Assembly: GCF_054482525.1 (NCBI RefSeq)
Contig: NZ_CM137006.1
Strand: one strand, 5' to 3'
Length of the DNA: 64,000 nucleotides
Positions 18,899-29,462 of this stretch are shown piece after piece; the first letter of the stretch is position 1, and every line of letters starts with the position of its first letter. Made by a program: the position numbers and the translations under genes. A model generated the notes under the pieces. That model saw nothing but the letters and a program-made list of their open reading frames with translations, searched no databases and had not been told where the DNA came from.

Positions 18899-21800
18899 TT
18901 GAGTACCGTGGGCCAGCGCGAACGCGCCACACAGCAGCGTCTGATTCAGTTTTTTGTTGAAGATTTAGGTTACCGCCATCTGAGTCACCGCACCGGGTAC
19001 ACCGGGAACAGCAACATCGACACTAATATACTGAGCGCGTGGCTAAAACGGCGCGGCGTTAATGATACGTTGATCACCCGGGCGTTGCGGCAACTGGATT
19101 CCGCCGCCGCTCTGGGCGAAGGCAAAAAACTCTATTACGCCAATAAAGAGGTCTATCGCCTGCTGCGTTACGGCGTGAAAGACAAAGAAGGCGCAGGCGA
19201 GCAGAACCAAACCGTGTGGCTGATTGACTGGGCCAACCCACAAGCCAATGATTTCGCCATCGCCGATGAGGTGACGGTCAAAGGCGAGTACTGCAAGCGC
19301 CCGGATCTGGTGCTGTACGTTAACGGCATTGCGCTGGGCGTGATTGAACTTAAGCGTTCGTCAGTGCACGTCAGCGAAGGCATCCGGCAGAATCTCGATA
19401 ATCAAAAGAAAACCTTTATCCGCGATTTCTTCACCACTATGCAGTTAGTGATGGCGGGCAACGATACGCAGGGCCTGCGCTACGGCACCATCGAAACCCC
19501 GGAAAAATACTATCTGGAGTGGAAAGAAGATAATCCAGGCGACTATACACATAAACTCGACTTTCATTTAAGTCGTCTGTGTAGCAAATCCAGGCTGTTG
19601 GATATCGTCCATAATTACATTGCCTTTGATGTCGGGGTGAAAAAACTCTGCCGCCATAATCAGTTCTTCGGCGTCGAGGCGGCTAAACAACATATTGCCC
19701 GTCGTGAAGGCGGTATTATCTGGCACACACAGGGATCGGGTAAAAGCCTGACGATGGTCTGGCTGGCGAAGTGGATCCGTGAAAATGTGCCAAACTCCCG
19801 CGTGTTGATTGTGACTGACCGCACCGAACTGGATGAACAGATCGAAAGCGTGTTTATGGGCGTGAATGAAGATATTTATCGCACCTCCAGCGGCAACGAT
19901 CTTATCGCAACGCTCAATCATCCTAACCCGTGGCTCATTTGCTCGCTGGTGCATAAATTTGGTCGTCGCAGCGAAGCTGAAGACAATGCGGCTACCGACG
20001 CCTTTATCACCGAATTACAGCAGTCCCTGACGAAAACATTCCGCGCCAAAGGCGATCTGTTTGTTTTTGTGGACGAGTGCCACCGCACACAATCCGGCAA
20101 GCTGCATAACGCCATGACTGCCATTCTGCCGGACGCCCTGTTTATCGGTTTTACCGGCACACCGCTGATGAAGAAAGATAAGAAGAAGTCGGTTGAGGTG
20201 TTCGGCCCTTATATCCATACCTATAAATTTGATGAAGCGGTGGCCGACGGTGTGGTGCTGGATCTGCGCTACGAGGCACGCGATATTGACCAGTATCTGA
20301 CATCAGAGAAAAAGGTCGATGACTGGTTTGAAGCCAAGACTCGCGGTTTGTCGAATTTAGCCAGGACCCAGCTTAAGCAAAAGTGGGGATCAATGCAGAA
20401 GCTGCTCTCCAGCAAGTCGCGGCTGGAGCAGATCGTTAACGACATTTTGCTGGATATGGATACCCGTCCACGCCTGATGGACGGGCGCGGCAACGCCATG
20501 CTGGTATGCAGCAGTATCTATCAAGCCTGCAAGGTTTACGAGATGTTCAGCCAGACCGAGCTGGCAGGAAAAGTAGCGATTGTGACCAGCTATCGCCCCG
20601 ATGCCGCCAGCATCAAAGGCGAAGAAACGGGCGAAGGGTTAACGGAGAAACTCTCTAAACACGCCACCTATCGTAAAATGTTGGCTGACTATTTTGAACA
20701 AAGTGAAGAGAAGGCCGCCGCACGCATTACCGAGTTCGAGCGGGAAATGAAACAGCGTTTTATTGAAGAGCCGGGGCAAATGCGCCTGCTTATCGTGGTG
20801 GATAAGCTGCTGACTGGCTTTGACGCGCCGTCCGCCACCTATCTCTACATTGATAAAACCATGACCGACCATACGCTGTTTCAGGCGATTTGTCGGGTGA
20901 ACCGGCTGGACGGTGAGGATAAAGAGTATGGCTATATTATCGATTATAAAGATCTGTTCCGTTCGCTGGATAAAGCGATTACCGATTACACCACGGGCGC
21001 GTTTGATGATTACGATCGGGACGATGTGGCCGGGTTGCTGAAAGACAGGCTGGAGCAGGCGCAACTGGATCTCGACAGCGCGCTGGAGATGGTTCGCAGC
21101 TTATGTGAACCCGTCAAAACCCCGCGCAGCCTGCTGGACTATCAGCACTATTTTTGCGGTGAATCAGGAGAGAATCAGACTTCGTTAAACGAAAAAGAGG
21201 CGCTGCGCCTGACATTTTACCAGTGCGTCGCCCGTCTGCTACGCGCTTATGCCAGCATCGCCAATGAAATGCCGGAAGCAGGCTACACTGCCGAAGAGGT
21301 AGAGAGCATTCGCGCCGAAGTCGCTGAATTCGAAAAACTGCGCTATGAGATTAAGCTGACCAGCGGCGATCTTCTGGATATGAAGCGCTTTGAACCCGCT
21401 ATGCGTCATTTACTGGATATGTATGTTCGCGCCGATGGTAGCGAAGTGCTGATGGATTTTGAAGAGTTAAGTCTGATTGAACTGATTGTCGAGAAAGGCT
21501 TGGCGGCGACCGTCGCCCTGCCGGATGATATCCGTAATAATCAGGATGCGATGGCGGAAACCATCGAAAACAACGTGCGCAAAACCATCGTGGATGAAAA
21601 CCCGGTTAACCCAAAATACTATGGACGCATGTCGCAGCTGCTGGATGAACTGATTACCCTTCGCCGACAAAATGCGCTCAATTATCAGCAGTATCTGGAA
21701 CGTATCCGCGATTTGTGTAAACAGGTCATCCGCCCGGAGCAAACCGCCGGAGCGTGCTACCCTGCCACCATGGATACACAAGCAAAGCGCGCCTTCTATG

Positions 21801-21994
21801 ATAACTTCGGCCACGACGAGGTACTGGCGACCCGCATAGATACGACGATTCGCTATACCAAAAGGGCAGAGTGGATTGGCGATCGTTTTAAAGAACGGGA
21901 AATTGCCAACGCATTACGTGAAGAGACCGCCAGCTATAATATTGATATTGATGAGGTGATAGCGCTTGCCCGTCAGCAGAAGGAATATCACTGA
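18899..21994 (+). CDS. hsdR: Type I restriction enzyme R subunit (SF2 helicase/translocase + nuclease)
   Basis: 1031 aa; Walker A TQGSGKSLTM, DEAH box VFVDECHRTQ, helicase motifs III-VI. TTG start at 18899 with AGGAG 7 nt upstream. Confidence 0.9.
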   Translation: MSTVGQRERATQQRLIQFFVEDLGYRHLSHRTGYTGNSNIDTNILSAWLKRRGVNDTLITRALRQLDSAAALGEGKKLYYANKEVYRLLRYGVKDKEGAGEQNQTVWLIDWANPQANDFAIADEVTVKGEYCKRPDLVLYVNGIALGVIELKRSSVHVSEGIRQNLDNQKKTFIRDFFTTMQLVMAGNDTQGLRYGTIETPEKYYLEWKEDNPGDYTHKLDFHLSRLCSKSRLLDIVHNYIAFDVGVKKLCRHNQFFGVEAAKQHIARREGGIIWHTQGSGKSLTMVWLAKWIRENVPNSRVLIVTDRTELDEQIESVFMGVNEDIYRTSSGNDLIATLNHPNPWLICSLVHKFGRRSEAEDNAATDAFITELQQSLTKTFRAKGDLFVFVDECHRTQSGKLHNAMTAILPDALFIGFTGTPLMKKDKKKSVEVFGPYIHTYKFDEAVADGVVLDLRYEARDIDQYLTSEKKVDDWFEAKTRGLSNLARTQLKQKWGSMQKLLSSKSRLEQIVNDILLDMDTRPRLMDGRGNAMLVCSSIYQACKVYEMFSQTELAGKVAIVTSYRPDAASIKGEETGEGLTEKLSKHATYRKMLADYFEQSEEKAAARITEFEREMKQRFIEEPGQMRLLIVVDKLLTGFDAPSATYLYIDKTMTDHTLFQAICRVNRLDGEDKEYGYIIDYKDLFRSLDKAITDYTTGAFDDYDRDDVAGLLKDRLEQAQLDLDSALEMVRSLCEPVKTPRSLLDYQHYFCGESGENQTSLNEKEALRLTFYQCVARLLRAYASIANEMPEAGYTAEEVESIRAEVAEFEKLRYEIKLTSGDLLDMKRFEPAMRHLLDMYVRADGSEVLMDFEELSLIELIVEKGLAATVALPDDIRNNQDAMAETIENNVRKTIVDENPVNPKYYGRMSQLLDELITLRRQNALNYQQYLERIRDLCKQVIRPEQTAGACYPATMDTQAKRAFYDNFGHDEVLATRIDTTIRYTKRAEWIGDRFKEREIANALREETASYNIDIDEVIALARQQKEYH

Positions 21995-22710
21995 TGCCAA
22001 TCATGCAAATAGGCTCGTTACACTTGCTGGTCAACCGTAAGGCGATTAAGAATCTGCATATCAGCGTGCTGCCGCCTGATGGCAAAGTACGCGTTTCAGC
22101 GCCGGAACATATGACGGAGACGGCGATTCGTATGGCGGTTGCTTCACGCTTTCGCTGGATCAGAAAACAGCAGCAGGATTTCGCCAGACAGCCTCGTCAA
22201 TCAGAGAGGGAAATGGTCAGCGGAGAGTGCCACTATCTTTGGGGCCGAAGATATCGCCTACTTGTGATTGAGCGTCACGGGCGTCACGAAGTAAAAGTTG
22301 CAGGAAATAATAAGCTCCAGCTTTATGTTCAACCAGGAACCCGTGATGAAAATAAGGCATTGGCGTTAAGTGAATTTTATCGACATGAACTAAAACAGCA
22401 GGTGGCTAAGCTTCTACCTGAATGGCAGGACCGAATCGGTGTTCCCCTAACATTCTGGGGCATCAAAAAGATGAAAACCTTTTGGGGCACCTGTAACACT
22501 ACAACAAAACGAATCTGGCTCAATCTGGAGCTAATTAAGAAGCCGCCGGAGTGTCTGGAGTATATTCTGGTGCATGAACTGGTTCATCTTCTGGAACGTC
22601 ACCATAATGCTCGCTTCCGGTTGCATATGGATCGGTTTATTCCTGACTGGCGTGAGCGTCGGGATTTGTTAAATAATATGCCGTTAGCGTTTGAGGCATG
22701 GGAGTATTGA
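21994..22710 (+). CDS. M48-family/YgjP-like (DUF45) zinc metallopeptidase commonly associated with type I R-M operons
   Basis: HExxH motif (LVHELVHLLERHH). Start overlaps the hsdR stop (TGATG). Confidence 0.7.
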   Translation: MPIMQIGSLHLLVNRKAIKNLHISVLPPDGKVRVSAPEHMTETAIRMAVASRFRWIRKQQQDFARQPRQSEREMVSGECHYLWGRRYRLLVIERHGRHEVKVAGNNKLQLYVQPGTRDENKALALSEFYRHELKQQVAKLLPEWQDRIGVPLTFWGIKKMKTFWGTCNTTTKRIWLNLELIKKPPECLEYILVHELVHLLERHHNARFRLHMDRFIPDWRERRDLLNNMPLAFEAWEY

Positions 22711-22799
22711 TTGAGCCTGTAACTGTTTTTTGTCCATAAATTAACCTTCATTTGATGCTGGATTGAACATATCAAAATCAGACAATTACACAAATCTAT

Positions 22800-23027
22800 G
22801 TACAGGCTCTTCAATTTGTTTTTGATCGCTGATGTGACTGACAACAAACGCTCACGGAACACTAAATCCCGCTCTTCAGACGTTAACTCGCCTCGCTCAA
22901 TAAGCTCTCTGATAGAATCTCGTGGCGTTGGCGTGACTACTTCAAAACAAAAAGTCTCACCATTTTTCTCGGCGACAAAGTCTGGTCCAGCATCCTTGCT
23001 TTTAATGTCGCTAAAGCCCATCTCCAT
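22800..23027 (-). pseudogene. Truncated ORF (N-terminal about 76 aa of an unknown protein); distal part degenerate
   Basis: MEMGFSDIKSKDAGPDFVAEKNGETFCFEVVTPTPRDSIRELIERGELTSEERDLV... is followed by low-complexity read-through that overlaps the M48 gene's 3' end on the other strand. Confidence 0.3.
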
Positions 23028-23059
23028 AAGGTAGCCTGAGTTTAACGGACACTCCTTCG

Positions 23060-23701
23060 TAAGGACGCTGTAAGCAGAAACGCAAGTTCAGAGCGACTAC
23101 GAACTCGAACCACAATCTGCCAGTTGCGCCAAATCTGCTGAACCAGACGTTCGCTCCTACAGCACCAAATCAGGTCTGGGTGGCGGACCTGACGTATGTT
23201 GCCACACAGGAGGGATGGTTGTACCTCGCTGGCATCAAAGATGTTTATACGTGCGAAATTGTCGGCTACGCCATGGGAGAGCGCATGACAAAAGAGCTGA
23301 CAGGTAAAGCCCTGTTTATGGCGCTCAGGAGCCAGCGCCCACCTGCCGGGCTAATCCATCACTCTGATCGAGGTTCACAGTACTGCGCATACGATTACCG
23401 GATCATACAGGAGCAGTTTGGTCTGAAAACGTCAATGTCGCGTAAAGGTAACTGTTACGACAACGCTCCGATGGAAAGCTTCTGGGGAACGCTGAAAAAT
23501 GAGAGCCTGAGCCACTATCGTTTTAATAACCGGGATGAAGCCATCTCAGTAATACGGGAATACATTGAGATTTTCTACAATCGTCAGCGTCGTCACTCTC
23601 GTCTGGGGAATATCTCCCCGGCAGCCTTCAGGGAAAAATATCATCAGATGACTGCTTAAAAAAGAACAAATGGTAGTGTCCGCTATTGCCAGTACACCTC
23701 A
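23060..23701 (+). mobile_element. IS3-family (IS600-like) element remnant: 5'-truncated orfB transposase fragment plus right inverted repeat
   Basis: Frame encodes ...KQKRKFRATTNSNHNLPVAPNLLNQTFAPTAPNQVWVADLTYV...DRGSQYCAYDYR...NCYDNAPMESFWGTLK... (DDE transposase C-terminal half). There is no start codon, no orfA and no left end. The right end is ...GTGTCCGCTATTGCCAGTACACCTCA (IS3-type IR ending at about 23701). Confidence 0.7.
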
Positions 23702-23901
23702 GGTATCAAAAAGCGATAGATGCAGCTAATACACGACATAACCAAGAAATAAATCATTAAACGACAACACTTAATACCATATTGTGAAGATGTTCAGACA
23801 TGGCGGAATTCCCCTATTCTTTGTTGGCACTTACAACAGACTATATTCCGCCATATCTGTCTTTATTGTGTATAAACCATCGATACTGATGTTTGATAGT
23901 G

Positions 23902-25200
23902 CTAAATAATCATTGGCGCAATCACAAAGCCTAATGCCACTCCAGCAATAATTCCCCCCAACCCAGGCAGCATAAATGGATGATTCAGCACATATTTGCC
24001 TACACGAGTTGTGCCGGTAGTATCAAATTCCATGGCAGCCAGTGATGTTGGATACGTTGGCAGTACAAATACTCCGGTGACGGCCACATAGGACGCCAGA
24101 ATTGCCCAGGTGGGCACGTCAAGCGCGACGGCAAGCGGGATAATTAACGGCGTGGTCGCACCTTGCGAGTAGAGCAGCGCGCAAGTGCCAAAAAGAACCA
24201 GCGCCAACAACATCGGATACGCCTGCAAAATATCACCAGCAATATCTTTAATCTCAGTTAAATGCGCATCAATAAAAGTGGTGCCTAACGTTACAATGCC
24301 GAGAATTACCGCCAGCGAACTCATCCCCGCACGGAATGTGGAGGTGAGAATAATGGCATCGGTCGCCGTCTTACACAGCACCACCATCAGGCAGGCGGCA
24401 GAGAGCATACAGATAATAATGATATCGCGTGTTTCCATCGGTTTACCGATATCAAAACCCGGACGCAGTTGGGGGAAGGCAGCAAGAATAACAATAGCGA
24501 CCGTCGCCAGCAGGAACAATCCGACGGAGAGCGTCGCACCTGGCTTGATGCTGCTATTATTCTCGTATTTTTGCACCAGTCCTTTTTGCAGGCGCTCAAG
24601 GTAGACCTCGTCATCCTGCAACTCACATCCCTGTCGGGAAGCAATAAAAGCGGCGACCATCGCGGCAGCAAAAGAGGTGGGAAGACATACCGACATCACT
24701 TGAATAAAACTGACACCGTTTACCTCCATAATAGTGAGCATAGCCGCCATTGCGGCGCTGATCGGCGAACCGGAAATCGCAACCTGCGAAGCGACAACCG
24801 AACCGGCAAGCGTGCGGGAAGGACGGATACCGGACTCTTTCGCCACTTCAGCAATCACCGGCAGCGTGGAAAAAACAATAAACCCAGTACCGGCCATAAT
24901 GGTCATAGACCAGGTGATAATCGGCGCGATTATGTTGATATATTTCGGGTTACGCCGCATAAAATTACCAGCGACGCATACCAGATAATCCATTCCGCCT
25001 GCGGCCTGTAAGGCTGAGGCCGCCACAACAACGGTCATAATAATCAGGATCACGTCGACTGGCGGCGACCCCATAGGCAGACCAAATCCCAGAGTCAGAA
25101 TGGCAAGCCCAAGCCCGCCACATAAACCAATACCGATTCCCCCCTGGCGAATACCAAAAAATATTGCACCAAGTACTACGATAATTTCCAGCCAAACCAT
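23902..25200 (-). CDS. DcuA/DcuB-family anaerobic C4-dicarboxylate (aspartate/fumarate/succinate) transporter paralog
   Basis: 432 aa polytopic membrane protein; MVWLEIIVVLGAIFFGIRQGGIGIGLCGGLG...RRNPKYINIIAPIITW...PVIAEVAKE...LYSQGATT...LPTYPT...DDTGTTRVGKYVLNHPF parallels E. coli DcuA/DcuB nearly throughout. Confidence 0.8.
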   Translation of the reverse strand: MVWLEIIVVLGAIFFGIRQGGIGIGLCGGLGLAILTLGFGLPMGSPPVDVILIIMTVVVAASALQAAGGMDYLVCVAGNFMRRNPKYINIIAPIITWSMTIMAGTGFIVFSTLPVIAEVAKESGIRPSRTLAGSVVASQVAISGSPISAAMAAMLTIMEVNGVSFIQVMSVCLPTSFAAAMVAAFIASRQGCELQDDEVYLERLQKGLVQKYENNSSIKPGATLSVGLFLLATVAIVILAAFPQLRPGFDIGKPMETRDIIIICMLSAACLMVVLCKTATDAIILTSTFRAGMSSLAVILGIVTLGTTFIDAHLTEIKDIAGDILQAYPMLLALVLFGTCALLYSQGATTPLIIPLAVALDVPTWAILASYVAVTGVFVLPTYPTSLAAMEFDTTGTTRVGKYVLNHPFMLPGLGGIIAGVALGFVIAPMII

Positions 25201-25265
25201 AATGTTCTCCGTTATAAATATAATTCAGTTAAAAGCGAATAACTTTCTGGCTGCGATTTAAATGA

Positions 25266-25985
25266 TTATTGGGTTAAAAGATAATGTTTACCGACACGAT
25301 TTTCGTACCATTTTATTCCGGCACGAACGAGTGACGCCGTTGAGTCAATATAGCGGGAAGGCTGCTCTTTAACGGCTTGCGCCAGAATAACCGGAATTTC
25401 TGTACAACCAAGAACAAGGATTTCTGCACCGCGAGAAAATAATATTTCAGCCTGCTCATTCATCAACTTTTGTGCGTGCGCTATATTGCCAGCTTTCAAG
25501 GAATAAATACTTTCCATCACTTTTTTCTGACCGTCGGCATCGGGGCTGACACAGGTAAATCCCAGCGACTCAATTCCTTTTTGGTATAAACCCATATATA
25601 GCGTGGCATTGGTGGCTAACAAGCCAATTCGGGTTTTACCACAGGCGCGAACTTCATTGATCGTAGTTTCTACGATACTTAATATATCAATATGACAAGC
25701 ATCTTTTAATTCTTTGAACCAGTAATGCGCGGTATTACAGGGAATAACAATACATTCTGCCCCGGCATCTTCCAGCTTATGCATATAATCACGCATAACG
25801 GGTAATGGTGAACGCCCATGATGCATTAATGCATCGGTACGGTCAGGAATATCCGGGATCGAAGAAATAATTAAAGGAATATGTTCCTGATCACATTGTG
25901 CAGCGGTAAAAGTTACAAATTTATTAAACAGGTCGACGGTAGCTGCCGGCCCCATTCCACCGAGTACACCAATTAAACCTTTCAC
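25266..25985 (-). CDS. Asp/Glu/hydantoin racemase-family protein (aspartate racemase-like, YgeA-like)
   Basis: 239 aa; GVLGGMGPAAT...IPCNTAH...LGCTE motifs of the aspartate/glutamate racemase family. Co-oriented with the DcuA-like transporter, consistent with an aspartate-utilisation module. Confidence 0.7.
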   Translation of the reverse strand: MKGLIGVLGGMGPAATVDLFNKFVTFTAAQCDQEHIPLIISSIPDIPDRTDALMHHGRSPLPVMRDYMHKLEDAGAECIVIPCNTAHYWFKELKDACHIDILSIVETTINEVRACGKTRIGLLATNATLYMGLYQKGIESLGFTCVSPDADGQKKVMESIYSLKAGNIAHAQKLMNEQAEILFSRGAEILVLGCTEIPVILAQAVKEQPSRYIDSTASLVRAGIKWYENRVGKHYLLTQ

Positions 25986-26329
25986 AATACCTGCCTCTCA
26001 AAACGTTAATGACAATACGCGGTAAATAACTGCTGCTCTCTTTTTTAACAGTCGAAATGGGCGATGAGAAATGCAAGGTTGTACAAGGCGATGCAAGACA
26101 CGCATGATGCAGCTATGGAACATTCCGCTTATTCACCATAGTGATGATGTATTCTGGTTATCTGACGGAAAAATTTCGTTTTTTTGGCGAAATGTGATAT
26201 CAACGTCAATACCGGAAATGAAGGAGTTATGCACAAAACGAATGATAAAGGCCAGGTTGTGCTAATTGAGAACATTATTTTTATTGCCGGGATGTTTTAT
26301 TATGTCTTTGGATTGAAAATACAGGTGCC

Positions 26330-27274
26330 ATGGTAATGAAGAATATCGAGACAAAATGGTTATACGATTTCCTGACACTGGAAGCCTGTCGCCATTTTTC
26401 TCAGGCGGCAAAAGAGCGTAATCTTTCGCAACCCGCATTCAGCCGACGAATTAAGGCGCTGGAGGCAGCGATCGGCGTTGTTTTATTCGATCGCACGACC
26501 ACCCCTTTACAATTAACCGAAGAGGGCAAGCTCTTTCATTCCCAGACTCGCAGCTTATTACAGCAGCTTGAATGCAATTTGGGGGAGTTAAACGGCCAGA
26601 GTTTACTCGGCGTTCCCAACATTAAAATTGCAGCCGCGCACTCACTATCCCTGAGCGTATTACCCAAACTGGTGCATTCACTTACCGCCTATGGCGGAGA
26701 ATTTGTCTATCATGTTGAAGCAATTGATGTTGTCCAGGCCGTAAATACGTTACGCGAAGGCAAGAGTGACTTTATTATTTCGTTTCGCGATGAAGATCTT
26801 ATGCAATCGCCTTTTTGCTGCCTGAAACTGTTTGAATCTGAGTTGTACCCGGTATGTGCCGCCGACGCACAGGGGCACCCTGTATTCGATATCACTCAGC
26901 CCCAGGTTCCTTTGCTCAACTATACCGCCACATCTTATATGGGCAGGTTGGTCAATCGTCATCTGGCAGAGGTTGGAGGTATTACCGGGCGCACGATATT
27001 TATCTCTTCGATGAGCGAGTTATTAAAGAATATGGCGCTCAACGGATACGGCATTGCCTGGTTACCGATCTGGTCGATCGTCGATGAACTACAGACCAAA
27101 CGTCTGATATGCCTTGATGCTGCTAAATTGACAGTCCCCATTCAGGCTTATATTTACCGAATGAACACCCGACTGAATAGAACCGCCGAGAACCTCTGGC
27201 GTATTTTACAGGAACATATGCCAGACGATTTAATCCAGCAGATATCAATGGAAGAGCCAGCACGCCGCAATTGA
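26330..27274 (+). CDS. LysR-family transcriptional regulator (divergent from the racemase-transporter pair)
   Basis: N-terminal HTH (LEACRHFSQAAKERNLSQPAFSRRIKALE) plus LysR substrate-binding domain. Confidence 0.8.
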   Translation: MVMKNIETKWLYDFLTLEACRHFSQAAKERNLSQPAFSRRIKALEAAIGVVLFDRTTTPLQLTEEGKLFHSQTRSLLQQLECNLGELNGQSLLGVPNIKIAAAHSLSLSVLPKLVHSLTAYGGEFVYHVEAIDVVQAVNTLREGKSDFIISFRDEDLMQSPFCCLKLFESELYPVCAADAQGHPVFDITQPQVPLLNYTATSYMGRLVNRHLAEVGGITGRTIFISSMSELLKNMALNGYGIAWLPIWSIVDELQTKRLICLDAAKLTVPIQAYIYRMNTRLNRTAENLWRILQEHMPDDLIQQISMEEPARRN

Positions 27275-27349
27275 CGACGTGCAATAAATATCCTCCGGCA
27301 TAGCCGGAGGTTTTTCAAATGCGCCTATAAGGCTCTCTTACCAGCCGCG

Positions 27350-28065
27350 CCCTAACAGGCGCACACGATCTGACATTTGCATCCAACTTCGTTACTTACG
27401 GTCCGTAAACGGGCTGCCCGGACAGGGAATCGATAACTGCTCTCCCATTTTATCCTCTTCAAGCTGGTGCTTTATGTAATCCTGTATCTTCGCCGTGTTC
27501 TTACCCACTGTATCGACGTAGTCCCCCCTGCACCAGAACTCCCTGTTCCTGTATTTGAATTTCAAATCACCAAACTGCTCGTAAAGCATCAGACTGCTTT
27601 TCCCTTTCAGATATCCCATAAACCCGGATACGCTCATTTTGGGCGGGATCTCCACAAGCATATGGATATGATCTGCACAGCATTCAGCTTCCAGAATCCG
27701 TACGCTTTTCCACTCACACAGCTTTCTCAAAATACTGCCTGTTGCTCTACGCTTCTCTCTGTAGAACACCTGTCTTCGGTATTTTGGCGCAAAAAACTAT
27801 GTGATATTTACAGTTCCATCGGGTGTGCGCTAAGCTCTTTTCGTTCCCCATTGGGACCCCCTTTTGATTTCTTGTTTGACACTTGCAGTTGCCAGACCGC
27901 AAGGTGTTTTAACAAATCAAAAGGGGTTTTAATAACTGGCTCAAAGCTGAAAGCTTTCCGGAACCCCCAGCCTAGCTGGGAGTTTTCTGTGCACAAAAAA
28001 ACCCTGTAAAAAACTTACAGGGGTATAAGGCTTAGCCTAACTTGCGTCTGTTGCATGGTGCCGGG
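27350..28065. mobile_element. IS200 copy (IS200/IS605 family), boundaries approximate
   Basis: Contains a Y1 transposase TnpA gene on the - strand and a leader hairpin (ccctgtaaaaaacttacaggg at 28003-28024). Size is consistent with the roughly 0.7 kb IS200. Confidence 0.65.
27392..27851 (-). pseudogene. tnpA: IS200 tnpA (Y1 HUH transposase) inactivated by a +1 frameshift
   Basis: From ATG at 27851: MGNEKSLAHTRWNCKYHIVF. A single extra T in a T-run (gttttttgcgcc) shifts the frame. The downstream frame restores ...PKYRRQVFYREKRRATGSILRKLCEWKSVRILEAECCADHIHMLVEIPPKMSVSGFMGYLKGKSSLMLYEQFGDLKFKYRNREFWCRGDYVDTVG..., i.e. canonical IS200 TnpA. Confidence 0.7.
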
Positions 28066-28620
28066 TGCCTCCCGGTGAATTCAGTCGGTGTCACTGAACC
28101 CGCGTAGGCTTCGCTCATAACATAATAAATGCTATGTACACCAGTCGCCCCACCGCACAGGGGGATTCACCACACGGCGCACTTTTTAACAAATATCCCT
28201 CCGGCCAGACAATAATAAACATAATGAATTGTGATCTTCTTAACAGTTTTAAAGTGTTACAGATAACATGCCAAGTAATTGCTTGTTTTTTCATCAATAG
28301 GAAGACCACACCAACAACCCCAGCTATCAGCCAGAACCGACATTATCCGGCTGATAAAATCTACCATCACTCCAACACCAATCACCGCCTGTGCCAGATC
28401 GCGTTTCTCAAACTTTTTAATCTCTGTTGCCACTCTGCGGGTTTTCTTTTTGAATTTTGAAAATACCAAATATCGTGACGTTTCTTTGGGGGATGAGCTA
28501 TCAAGCGGGAACGATCTGCCTACAGAGAAAGTCAGCCAGACCACTCTGCAAATTATCCCCGAAAGGCTCTGTGGCTGATATGCGCCGGGCATGGCGCAAT
28601 GGGCCAGTGGCAGTGTGTGA

Positions 28621-28693
28621 TGGTGGCCCTTACTGGATTTGAACCAGCGACCAAGCGATTATGAGTCCTCTTACCACTGAGCTAAAGGGTTGG
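28621..28693 (-). pseudogene. Degenerate tRNA-Ile2 (ileX/ileY-type, CAU anticodon) relic
   Basis: Reverse complement AACCCTTTAGCTCAGTGGTAAGAG-GACTCATAATCGCTTGGTCGCTGGTTCAAATCCAGTAAGGGCCACCA matches tRNA-Ile(LAU). It lacks about 5 nt (CAGGC) at the D-stem/anticodon-stem junction and has two mismatched bases at the 5' acceptor end, so it is probably non-functional or an att remnant. Confidence 0.5.
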
Positions 28694-29462
28694 AGAACGC
28701 AATATCACCTGTCTTATATGATTACACCCAGAATTTCCCGGACTGTCTTGTCAAAACATTCAGTCTCCAATTCCCACCAATAGCAAGACGGTCACTATGA
28801 CAGCATCTCCGGAATGAGCTCAGGGCACGGGGGTTTACCGAGGTTACTTTTCCAACGAAGTTTCTCAAACGCAGGCGTGATAACATTCAAACTTAGGATC
28901 TCAGTTGCTATCTTTTCCCATGTCTTACGGATTAATGTCATCGGTTGCATACAAATCGCTACAAGCTGCATCAAGGCACATGCTTCATATGTACAGTACA
29001 CCAAGATGGATAGGTGTTTCACCTAATCCTAGCTCATTTCAGGCAGGCTCAACAGGCTGCAGCCCGCATGTTTAAGGGCGCAGGTTATCAGCAGGTTATA
29101 AGCTGACCGGATACATTCCGGCAAAGAAAAACCTTGCAGCGATGAAAGCCGTTTCGGTAATGCAATGACGATAAAGCTGTCCTGTATATATGTGCTTCGC
29201 CTCAAACGCTTGCCGTTTTGGTATTGTGCACATGCCGTCTGAACGATGTGGAGCCAGAAAAATGGATGCGTTATGTCATTGAGCATATCTAGGACTGGCC
29301 GGCAAACCGGGTACACGATCTGTTGCTCTAAATAGTTGAGCTGGCCTCTCAGTAAATATCAATACGGTTTTGGTGAGCCGCTTACCACTGAAGCATCACT
29401 TCGGCAGGTAGATTTCTGCAGGCAGAATGGCGCTTACCTTAGCGATAAGCGCGTAAATGTGG

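Noticed and set aside
28621-28693. Functional tRNA-Ile gene
   Set aside because: The acceptor stem has two mismatches and the D/anticodon stem region lacks about 5 nt. Treated as a relic.
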